A DNA stretch of 64,000 nt from the human T2T-CHM13v2.0 reference genome, Homo sapiens, in assembly GCF_009914755.1 (NCBI RefSeq), contig NC_060926.1; one strand, given 5' to 3'. How positions within the stretch are numbered: the stretch's first letter is position 1; the number at the start of each line of letters is the position of its first letter. Under the pieces are notes generated by a model. The model was not told the origin of the DNA and made no database searches. It saw nothing but the letters and a program-made list of their open reading frames with translations. Position numbers and translations under genes: made by a program. Below, piece by piece: positions 15,887-32,317 of the stretch.

Positions 15887-16779
15887 CTGCAAAGCAGTCA
15901 TTGCAAAGACTTCATAAACCATTGGCAGAGAAATGCACAAAGTAGTATTGGCTTCCTTGTGAGACAGTCTGAGAATTGTATTAGCTCACTCTTGAAGCTC
16001 CCAAAGAGAGGAATGCCAGCAACATTCATGGTCAACATTCCCTCTTTTAGCTACCCTGAGCCTATCCTACCACTTGAAACTCGATCCATTCCCATTGGTA
16101 GAAACCATGCAAAGAATGAAATGGTATCTGGTTTGTAATTTGCAACAAAGGCCTGGTATGGGAGGCTAAAATGATGCCATAATAAATAAATATTTTGATC
16201 ATATTATCTTCAGTCAATTGGACTCAGTGTTCTTAAAAGAATTTAGTATCTTCCTTACTTCTCTTCCAACTAAACCCAACACACATACTCCAGATGCTTT
16301 GGTTTCAAGTTAGACTATGACTAATCTTGACAAATTCCATTAATTTATCTGGCTTTCCCATGTTACCAGAGAGACTACAGATGTCCAATAGATAACAGGG
16401 AAAATCAGAGAGACATTCAGAATATGAAAATCCCCAAATAAGAAATATCCTAATTTGGAAATATCCTTTTTAGAGATAGATACGAAGTCTTTTCTCTAAC
16501 CCCTTTCCACCAATTTCAACCAATTTATAAAATTAGAGAAACAATTTAAACTTGTCAAGTATGAATAAGGATTCTACATTTGGAAGAAATTACACAAGTT
16601 TCTAACATCTTAATAACGTCTTCCTCAATGACAGCATGACTTAAAGTGCTACAAATTAAATACCCCTGGTAACCCTGCAAAATGCTACAAAAATGTAACA
16701 TGTTATTAGAAGAATCAACCATTTTTTTACAGAGGTAAACAAAGAAAAGATGACATGGGAAATACACTCTCATCTCTCA

Positions 16780-17410
<631 letters not shown>

Positions 17411-17572
17411 AGTTCTTGGTATCATATTCTGGTTGGTTAGACATTCTATGTATCAAAAGGAGGTATTAGCCACTTCAGAAACAGAGTCTGGTTCCACCTG
17501 CAAGCCACACAGCTATACTCTGCCTTGCAGTGCCAGAGTTTGCAGGGAGTGCCAAGGGGGAGCATCCCATCA

Positions 17573-17980
<408 letters not shown>

Positions 17981-18276
17981 TCAGTGAATCCTGGATAGCA
18001 GGATCATGATTTCTTTTTAGAGGACTTATTTCCTAATGTACTTATCAGTCAGTACTACTACACGGAGCACTTCTTCTTTTGACTATTACTGTCTCCCAAA
18101 TTCTTAAATATCTCTTTATTGCATACAGACTTAAGAGATAAGAACTGAACACCCTGACCTGTTAAGCATACCTTCCTCTGTCCCTATTCTCCTACTGGAA
18201 AATAGTCTTCAAACTTTGTGTTTGTTACTGTTATTGATGTGTTGTTTTTAGTTTGGGGGAATTTTATTTTGTGCCT

Positions 18277-18561
18277 ATTTGATTATTTATTTATTTTCTT
18301 GAGACCAAGTGAGTGCAGTGGCACGATCTCGGCTCACTGCAGCCTCAACCTCCAGGATCAAGCTATTTTTCTACTGCAGCCTCCCAAGTAGCTGGGATTA
18401 CAGGCACATGCCACCATGCCAGGCTAATTTTTTGTATTTTTTGTAGAGACAGGCTTTTGCCATGTTGCCTAGGCTGGTGTTGGACTCCTGGGCTCAAGCG
18501 ATCGACCTGCCTCAGCCTCCCAAACTGTTGGGATTACAGGCATGAGCCACTGTGCTCAGTC
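18277..18561 (-). mobile_element. AluJ-type SINE with a small deletion near its tail
   Basis: Alu body; ctcctgggctcaagcgatc diagnostic. Confidence 0.9.
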
Positions 18562-18867
18562 TTTTTTTTTTTTTTTTTGCCTTTTAAATGGAAACATAAA
18601 TAAATATGACAACTGAGAGTCCCTGTTAAAAATGGGGGTGGAAACCTCTCGTTTCCTCCTCAATGTTAGCTCTCAAAGGGGATTCAATGCCCAGCACATG
18701 GTGAAGAGCCACCAGTAGAGACAACTTATTGTCTACTTCAACCATTTGCCTTGTAAAAACCTTAAGATTTCTAAAAAAAAAAAAAAAAAACTTCATAAAA
18801 ATAGAAAAAGGATGGAGCCTGAGTTTCCTTCTAGGACTTTGAACTGGTTTTTAGTTCATGATATTCA

Positions 18868-19167
<300 letters not shown>

Positions 19168-20161
19168 TTAGCAAAGCACCAGGGGCAACAGTTATCTGGA
19201 GAGAAGAAGTCAACACTGAATTCCAAGAAATGACATGCATGAGCTCTCTCGTGGCCCTAGAAGAGGATCAATTAAATCTCAGTTACAATGGTGTATTTTC
19301 AGAGAAAACATAACTTGGCAAGATAGAACAGGTTTCTTAAGATCCAAATACAAACTGAAAATGTGCTCTTAATATGATGAATAAATTTCCTCCACAAAAA
19401 AAAAACAATAAACAAATAAAGAGTGGGTGTTTTGAGCTGTGTTCTAGGAGCAGTGATTGGTTGAGATTGTCTGCCAGGGTGATATAAAAGTATTGTTTGG
19501 GAAGTTGGAGGGCAATAAAAACTGTTGAGGGTCTTTCTCACGATAAATGTATGCTAGATTCTTAATCTCAGATATCTTATTTAATCACTACAATCGTCTA
19601 CCTCTGCATCTTAGATGCTATGATCTGCATTAATGCCTCTCTCCATGCCACTCTCTAACTCAGGTCCCCTAGTTATCAATGGGCCTGTGGACATTGTTAA
19701 GAAAATAATCTGTGGCCATGTTTCATAGCAAACACAAATGATCAAAAATGGATTTGAATGTGTAACCCTGGATCCCCTAGCATAGGCAGCTAAGGAGCTA
19801 GGCCGGCATAGACATGGAAAAGACAGTGAAATTCTATTACTTCTAGGGACAATTTTTCAGTATGTACTTATATACACTCTGGCTCCAATACTTAAGACAA
19901 TTAGAAATGAGAAATATATGGTTTGCTTCCTTTCTATGAAAGTTTGCATATATAGGCATAACAGTTTGGTTAGCAAGCTCCTTCTATTCATGGAAAATAT
20001 TATCTGAAGTTGGAGGCTGAGAGTCTTGCTGTGTTCCACATGAACCAAGTTAATTAACCAAAATCTTGTCTCACTAGAAAACTCCCATCCCTTGGAGCCT
20101 TGAAGGTCAATGTCTGTCCACGGGCTAGAGAGGCACTGAGGAGAGGGGAAAGAGAGCCTTA

Positions 20162-20398
<237 letters not shown>

Positions 20399-21549
20399 TT
20401 AGCTGATTACACATCTTGACTTTAAACTCATCACCTCTTAGTAAAAAAAAAACTATCCTAGATTTATGATTTTCCCAAAAGTTCCTAAATAAAACAGATG
20501 ATAGAGTTATACAAGCAACAACCCTGTGCTTTAAGAAAGCTCATTTATATGCTACCAGAAGTGAGCTATACCCACTGGTGTTTCTGACTAGAAAAGATGT
20601 GTTTCTCCAAGTCCTGGGAAAGCAGGCAGTAAACTTAGCTTATGTTCATTTGCCTAGACCTAGGTTAAAGTTTTAATTTCCAACAGATGCTATATTCATT
20701 CCCTCATTCTAAGTATACAGGTAACAAGTTTGGCCAAAAATAATGTGGATGAATAAACTGAGCAGCATCTTTACTAATTTTCCTGGTCACCACTTTGAGG
20801 TGAATATTTGCTTGAACTTCTAATAAAAATGATATGAAGAATATTAACTTCCAGAAAGAAATACTAAATTTCTTTATTTTGCTAATTCTCATTTTTCCTT
20901 AATTCCAAGTTTATCATATGTTTTAGCAAGACATCACAACAAAGCAGACCCACAAAAACCAGTCTATCCCCAAAATATATTTCAGACCTTTATCTTTATT
21001 TCAGACTCTAAATCATAAAGTTGCTTTAATTGCATAAAAGGAATATAAGTTCACAATCAAATAAAAACAAGTTCTCTTACTTAAAAAACACTAAAACGCA
21101 CTGCTCTTGACATTATCTTCTAGAAGATAAGAATAATATCTAATTTATACACAATACAATATCATATGCATTTATTTAGTATTTAGTATTTAGGGCTGAA
21201 ATGCCATATTTTTAATTCCTTTAAAATACTTCAGTCCTCCCATAGAAATAGATGAAGTAAATATGGCAACATGATAACTGTTAAATCTTATCAAAAACAA
21301 AGGAAAAAAAAAAAGATGATCTTGAAGAATTGAGCGAGTTTTAAGAAGATGAAGAGTTCTAGGTAGTCTTTCCCAGGGGAAGGGGGATAAACTCTAAAGA
21401 TATTTGCCTACTGTCAACTTTCAGCATATGCTTTGAAGAAAACACTAACAAGTGCAACAAACTTTTTGTAAATCACGAAGTTCATGCTTAAAGACAATCA
21501 TGACATGCACATAACCCAAGGCAACCTTGCCAAACCCCTCAATCACCTA

Positions 21550-21852
<303 letters not shown>

Positions 21853-22736
21853 TCACAAATCAATAAAATTCTACCTCCTAGAGATAATATAAGTTCAGAT
21901 CCTCAAAACTCCTAGTCTTTAATTAAAACAAAAATTAAACTTAAAGGATGAATTCAAATTGAACAAAAGATGTAGAAGTGAAAAAGCAATACTTAACAAA
22001 ATAGGAATAGTGTCAGGAGTTTAAATAATCACTAATTCCTAACCACAGCTGCTTTCCTGCGGATGAAGCTGTTATAGCTGTTGTAGGTTTATGGCCTCTT
22101 ATAGTGATGTTCCTCATTAAGCACCCTTTTGATATCCTGGGGTGAACACCATTCTTGTTTCTTCCAACACCATTGGAAGAAATCAGAAGATAGCAATATT
22201 ATACTGGAATTCTACCTTCTCATTAACATTCCGGAGGGGACGTTATTCTAGGAGATAGTTGCATTCTCAGTATAACCTGAGGGGAACACAACTTACAGGC
22301 CTGCAGGGTTAACTTTGCAAACACCAGCAGGACATTTATTATTAATCGTGCCATGGCACCATTAGCGAATACTTTTACAGATGAATAAACCTCCAGAGAA
22401 GGTTCTCCGATTTCAAGATGTTACAAAGGATCCACAGCCAAATTCCCAAGTCCTCTCAGTTCCAAGGGCTTTCATTACTGTGGGTCTATATCAGAAATCA
22501 TTTCTAAAATAGTGAAAATTTAATATTTTAAAAATTTGGAACAGATCCTAAAACTCAAACAGGAGATAGAACAAGCTAGCAACTAAGAAACCTGATAATG
22601 TTAGCCATGCAATGTTAAAAATATTTCCCAAAATATAATTTATGGTAACTTATAAAAGTCATAGGAAAACTTGAAGATGTGCTTGGCCTTTGTTGATAAG
22701 GATGCAGGTAAATGACCAGAAATTAGTCACCATCTG

Positions 22737-22738
22737 AT

Positions 22739-22781
<43 letters not shown>

Positions 22782-23062
22782 TCTAGAGATAGTCTGACTC
22801 TGTTGCCCAAGCTGGAGTACAGTTGCACAATGTTGGCTCACTGCAACCTCCTCCTCCTGGGTTCAAGTGATCCTCCCACCTCAGTCTTCTGAGTAGCTGG
22901 GACAGGCAGGTGCCAGCACATCCAGCTAATTTTTGTAATTTTTGTAGAGACAGGGTTTCGTCATGTTGCCCAAGCTGGTCTTGAACTCCTGAGTTCATGC
23001 AATCTGCCCTGCTCAGCCTCCCAAAGAGCTGGGACTATAAGTGTGAGCCACTGCACCTAGCC
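22737..23062 (-). mobile_element. AluJ-type SINE with (TTTA)n tail
   Basis: Full Alu; flanking direct repeat accatctg. Confidence 0.92.
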
Positions 23063-23193
23063 ACCATCTGTTTTTCTAAAAAAATCATAGACCAGAAAGT
23101 AGTCCTGAGACCTTCCCTTCCAGTTCATCTGTAATCTCTGTAGAGAGATCTCAGATATCTCTATGAGTACTTTTTGTCAAGAGTAGAACTACA

Positions 23194-23489
<296 letters not shown>

Positions 23490-23581
23490 AAGAGTAGAAC
23501 TACAGGCACAGCTCCAGTGATGTGTTGGTGCATCCCAAGATGTACAAGGAATCAATTGCATGCTCTATAAAAATCTATTGC

Positions 23582-23897
<316 letters not shown>

Positions 23898-25499
23898 TTA
23901 TGCATCTATGAAATATATTTCTGAACACAGGCATTGCTACCTCTCCAAGAGGTAACCAATTTAACATGGCTCATGAATATTAAAGTTTCCTTTATTCCCA
24001 GATCACAGTGCCTCATATTATGATTTGACTTTTAGACTAAAATCTACTGCCTAAATTTTATAATCCATCTACGTAAATAATCTATATTAGATTTTATCAA
24101 AAAGTGAACAGAATATTGTGTAACTAGAAAATTCCTTTTTTCATCTCTAATGCTCCTGGAAACACTGTCTAAATGTATGCTGAGTGACACCTACTAAGCT
24201 TTCAAGACCAAGAATAATCTATAGGACCCAAAGAACAACAAATGTCAGTTAGAAAGTTGTTGAAGCTTCTTTGAACATCTTGATGCTTCTACTAATTCAA
24301 TATAGGATTATATGGAAAGCTAACTCAGCTCTTTGATGTGCCTTTTAAGAGAGGATACACACACTGTGGGAAGGGCTAAGGGTATTACCATCAGCATATC
24401 ACATCAAAATGGTATAAGTAAACTAGAAATAATATTGTACTGCTTCTAATTAAAGTTAGTCTCTACCCTAAGAGTGAGTTAATATCTGCTACGGTAAATT
24501 CTGCAATGAGAATGCTAAAGGCTACCTTAGTGTAGCAAATGAACCAGTTCAACAAGAGAAAGTACTTGGATTGATTAATTATGCCTGCCATGAGCACAGG
24601 AAGAAAGAGCACTGGCGTGTGTGCCAGGTACTCCTTCTTTTTCAGTGGCATGTCCCCAGGGAGTATGGTGTTAGAGAACTTCAAACTTTACTACACTGAC
24701 TTTGGCAGCAAAATAAATATAACAGAAGAAAGGAATTTCTAAAAATAAAATAAAAAAATTTGAAATAGTTCTACTGAATGAATGGCATTTCCATGCTTCT
24801 GAGTGCAACAGGCTGTTCCTGGATCGTTATCCATAAATGCTTATGCAGAAGACATTACTATGGTCCAACTAGGCCATAACTAGCAAAATTCAATATGGGT
24901 ATTGTTGTTTAATTTTTGATTAATAATGTGTATCATCTTTTTACAATGAGTATTTTTTATTGAACAGTATATTTAACACACTTAAAAATTATCCTATTAC
25001 CAGAAAGATGTAAATGCCTTATCATATTGGATTAATGTTAACAGACTCTACTGCCACCTAAAACACTGCACTGCACTTAACCATAAATGTGCCAAAGTAT
25101 TTTAGGGAAAGTTTTCCAGATCCTTTTATTCTTTTCCTTTTCTCAAATACTAAAATTTATTAATCATATATTTCATAGGGGAGAGCAAATTAAAGAGATA
25201 AAAAAAATTAAGATGAGTTGCACACTGAGCTGACTACCATGGGGAGAGATTATTAGCCCCATTTTCTAGATAAAAAAACAATAAGAAGTGAAAACATCAG
25301 GTCATAAACCCTGATCCATATGATTTAAAAGTTCACCCTCTTTCTACTGCACCATACCATAGAGCTCAGCAGTTTTAGTTAGAAGTGTGACTTCCCCCGA
25401 ATGACTTCCAACAGACAGGCCAGTTAGACAATAGAGGGGACTAATAGACTGGAATCACAAGCTCTGATGTTTGAAATAAACAGTTACACAATTGTTTTA

Positions 25500-25799
<300 letters not shown>

Positions 25800-26067
25800 T
25801 CAGAAAAGAAAGAGAGCTAACAGCAAATAATCTAAAAAAGAAAAAGGAAGGGGACAATGTACAGAAAATGCTCACAAATAAACATAGTTAACTGGATTTC
25901 AGTGGCTTTGACTTCGAGAGTCCAGTAAAGAAATCGGTTTTCTGAAACCACAGTTTTCTTTGCATGCAGCCAAAATACAGGACTTGAAAAGTGCAAAAGT
26001 GTGTCAGGGAAAAGAAAACAGAAGAGCTGATGATGATGATTTGAAGAAGCCATGCTTCTACTCATTA

Positions 26068-26385
<318 letters not shown>

Positions 26386-28792
26386 TTAACCAATACAGTC
26401 ACTTTGTGAAATGGTACATATTTAGCCACCCAGTTTCCTACCCAAGCTACCTGAGAATCACAGACAGTTGTTAGAAGTCACCTTTCTTCAGGCAAATGAG
26501 GGCAGGGGAAAACAGGAAGTTTGTCTTCCTGCAGTGAGGCAACAGAGGGTGCAAGACTGTGTGCAATAATGCCCACTTTAAGGTGGTGTCATGTAGAAAA
26601 TACGGGGGACACACTTCATTCGACGGGTCTGGTTTTACTTTCCTCATGCAGCATAAGGCACCCTCTCCAGGCAGTGCAAAGGCTTAGCAGAACAGGGAAG
26701 CAGAGGTGAGTATCATGAATTACAGTTTAAATGGTGGAGTCAAGGAAACACACTTGTCTAAGTGTGTCATTGAAACTGCACAGAGAAACTCTGAATTATG
26801 ACATTCTTAAGATAAAGATTATGACATCCTTAGGATAAAGAGACATCCCTGCCTCTGTCAGACAGGCTGTCAAAATGAGTTTCTCAACCTGAGACACATT
26901 TCACTTAATCAAACCTAAGAAGCTTTAGAAACATATTAGGATCTGTTAGAAACTGCTACCTCAAGGACATTTCTGTTATAAATGTATTTTTATTCAATAA
27001 AATTTATTTTTCTTATAAGGTAAGTGTTCTTAACCCAAGGTCTTTACCCAGAATCAGGGAAGCCAGCTTTGGTGATCTGTGTACTTTCTAAAGGGGCCCA
27101 GGGCTTTCACCAGAGTCTTATAGCATCCACAACCTTCCAAAGGGTTAAATGCACCTATAGTGAGAAGGTCATTTAGGATTTGATAATCAATTCCAACCGG
27201 AAGGAGAATGAAGGAGAATGATTTCCCTTCCAAAAGACCTGAATGCCTCTTTGCAACAAGTACGCGCTTAACCATTCATGCTGGATATCTGAATAGTTAG
27301 GATAGTAGCATCGCTTCAGGCTTCAGCAAGAAAGAATGAGTATCCATATATGTACAAGTCTTGCCAGTTAATTCACTTGGGTAAATGAGTAAATCCTGAT
27401 GAATGAGATGGCTACAATCTTGGATTCCATCATGGTAGACACTAAGAACAGTGAGAATAATAGTAGCTAATTATTGAACACTTGTTAAATGCCAGGCCTC
27501 AGACCAGGGACTTTTTAAAACATTATATTATTTCAGATCACAACAGGCTTAGAAGGAGTTGCTATTATTATTCTTGTCGTATTAGTATTCCTGTTGCTAT
27601 TACCATTCAAGTCCTGGCAGACTGGCTACCCCATAGGGCACTCTACTCTGTTGAGCTTACTGCTTTCCCATTAATTTCTCTTTATTCCACAGTCAAAAGA
27701 CATCCTGTGAACAGATTCTTCTCAAGAAAACATGGAGAAGATATTCCGTCTCCACTACTGGAAAAATTAAGATAACTGAGAGCCAACAGTATCTTCCAAT
27801 GTGCGTAATGGTGGTTTAAAAAGCTATATCAAATGCAAGGGCTTTGGAAACCAAACACCCTAGTGCTGACAGCAGAAATATTTATTAATATTGGAGAAAA
27901 AAGTTGTTTCTAATTTCAGTGTAGCTAGTATCTTAGAACTGCCCCCTACCAATGTAAATGTAACTGGGCTCCATTCTGCCTTTGTGTTTTCAGGAACACT
28001 GAGCCTGGTTGTGCACCCTCCTGGACTTTCAAGAAAAGTTTACCCTACCCTCACCCAGACTTTCTTGCCCATCTTCCTCACATGTATTTAATTCTCTTCT
28101 GATAAAGAACACACCGAGATAGAGAGGAAATAGCTGAAATCCAAGAGAAACGTCATTCTAGCAGTTTCTGAGAGAGAGGGCTGAATGACAATGTCTTACA
28201 GTTCAAATATTATTTTTTCTGCAGTGGAACAAAGGATGGTGACAAGAACAGTACCATGCTCAGTTCTGTTCCTGGAAATCATTAATCACTATACTTTTTG
28301 ACATGTAGGATACGTAAAACAGGAATTGATACATACAATAGGAATGCTTAGTCAATGTTTCATTTATTATCCAGCAAGCACTCAGCACCTATGTCAGGCC
28401 AGCTACTGGTCAGGGAGAACTGGGAAGCCAACTGTCCCCACCCATTTTAGGATCTTTACCCTTAAGGGAGTCAAATATAAGGATGTGGGGAAGAGCCCTC
28501 TGGAGGTCTGGGCTGACTGCAACAAGAATCTTTACAGCATACATCTTTACAGTGCCTGCAGATTGATGTCTATTGACCACAAAGCCAATTAGTTTATGCT
28601 GCCAAGAATCCGATAGATTTGATATTCAATAGAGATGTTAAGAAGTGTGGTTCATCTGGTAGTTTAGTTAAAATATCACTGGCCTGCCTTAAAGACTGTC
28701 AGTTTCCATAAGGGCAATCTCAAAACAAGAGTCTCATGTTAGCCATTCTCCAGTTTTCACGCCCAGCCCATGCTGGGAATGACTAGTATTGG

Positions 28793-29210
<418 letters not shown>

Positions 29211-29548
29211 TAGGAGGGACTCAGGAAGTAATGACTGAATGCACCAATGAATGCATGAATCGTCCCTTCATATCATCTCCAGTTAAGTGAATGGCCAGCA
29301 ACAGTGAACTCTCTTCCCTTGCAATTCCTCTTTCCATAAAAATGATACTATAAATTTTTAAAATAATTAGATATTCTGTTCTGAATCTATCATTTGAATA
29401 TCAGATACAAAGCAGAAAATAAACCTGCAGAAACATTAAATGTATCTGCATATTAACCCAAGTTGAAAAATTAATTTCCTATCAAGATGAAAACATGGTT
29501 AGAATTTTTTAATTTTTAACTTTTAAAAAGCTCATCAGTGTTTTCTTA

Positions 29549-30103
<555 letters not shown>

Positions 30104-31110
30104 TCAACGACCAACTCACTATAATGGTTCAAAGTCAACATTTCTACTAAACAGTGCCAATTCTTAATGAATCATGCTAAGACAGACAACAAAGACTTCC
30201 AAAGACTGTGGATTATTGAAAAGTCACTATTTTTCAACTTCCTCACCAACTTACTCCTTCATCAGTGGTTTCAACAACTAATACAGGAGAAATGAGAAAG
30301 AAGAGGAGAAGAAAAGAGCCTGGCCAGTGTGCTGGTCAAACAGGACTCAGGAAAAATTTTCTAAATGCTCTGATTTGTAGCATGTTCCAGTGTGACTGTT
30401 CACACCATGGTCAAGCTCAGGCTTCCAGTGTGACATCACTGAACATGGAACCACAAAGAGATACACACATTTGCCTCTCACGAGATGGCATGAGCTCAAC
30501 ACTAGGTGCAACACAACACTACATGTCCCTCTGGCTGGTCCTGTAACACATGGGCAACCTCACCCAAAAATGATCTACAGAGGGAGGACAGCAAGTTCTT
30601 ATTAGTTCTCTACTCATCAAGGAGCAATAGATTAAAACTTCATGCATTGCAAAATCCATTATCCAAATATCAGGCCAAGCTCTTCCACTAGTTCACTGTG
30701 CACCCCCAAACAATTCGTTTCCCATCTATGGGCTACAGTCTTATTATCTGCAAAGAGAACAGGGTACAGAAGATCACTAGTACTCCTTCCAGTTGTAAGA
30801 GTGAATGTTTCATAGGTTTGGATGAGACCTACTGAGATCACTTCGTCTTCAAGCTAAAAATTTTAATTTGAATTATGTACTATTGAGGATTTAATTCTTA
30901 TAGTTGAGGTAAGGCAAAATTAATTAAAATGCAATGGGAATCTATATGAATTAGGAGTAAACATAAGAAAGTTCCCTATGATTTTTGTATAAATGTATAA
31001 TATAGCACATGTTTTTCTTAATTTATTAAATGGTTTTTGAAACTTTGGTAGAAATTTATAGAAGTTTTTCTTACAATAGAGCAAAAGCCAGTTTTTGGAT
31101 GATTTTTAAA

Positions 31111-31218
31111 TTTTTTTCTTTTTTTTTCTTCAACTTTTAAGTTCAGGGGTACATGTGCGGGATGTGCAAGTTTGTTATAATAGGTAAACACGTGCCATGG
31201 TGGTTTGCTGCACAGATT
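31111..31218 (-). mobile_element. Short L1PA 3' end fragment
   Basis: caacttttaagttcaggggtacatgtgc...gtgccatggtggtttgctgcacagat. Confidence 0.85.
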
Positions 31219-31945
31219 TTTTAATATTATGCATAGATAATCTCTTCTCCACATTTCCACAGCAGTTTCTGTCTAGCATTTAATTTTAATGTTATTTCAT
31301 ATAAATCTTATCTTTCATATAAGGATAAAAACTACATTACATACTTCTGGGTCAATTAGGCAAATGCTTTCAATGAGTACTGACAATGAACAAGTGGAAT
31401 AAAGAAAACAAAATAAATGAAAGGATATGGTCTCTAAATTGTTATTACAGAGACAATATCAACATACATGAAACAATGGTTACAAGGATTAAACACCACA
31501 AACAGGACGAACTGCCAATATTATGGAGTTCAAGATGGTGCTAAGCAAACAATGCCCATGCTGTGGATTCTCAACTGCTTTACTTGTGGTGGTTGGGGTG
31601 AGAGAGATATTAAACTCTCCCATTCAATTACCTGAGGACAAAAATGAAGAACAGGCCAACGAGTTCTAGCAGAGGGATGCTTCAGGCAAAAAGTCATTAC
31701 AAGAATTCAAAGAGAATCAACCTGGTTCCCTTCATTCTTGAGTACCTTATTTGGCAATAATGTTAAATGATGGCCTGAATATTTGCCCATCTTCTGTTCT
31801 CTCTAATGACTATCTAAGCAAAGAATTGGTCCAAAAAAATGTGTGTCCCCATCTTATATACCAAGAAACTTTGGTAACCTTTTGCTATATCAGGAATAGT
31901 GATTTTATGGTAACTTTGTAGTTAGAGGACAGGTTGGAAAGTCTA

Positions 31946-32317
<372 letters not shown>

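Noticed and set aside
22280-22350. HNF4/HNF1-like motifs suggesting a proximal-tubule enhancer
   Set aside because: Matches are degenerate and expected by chance in AT-rich DNA
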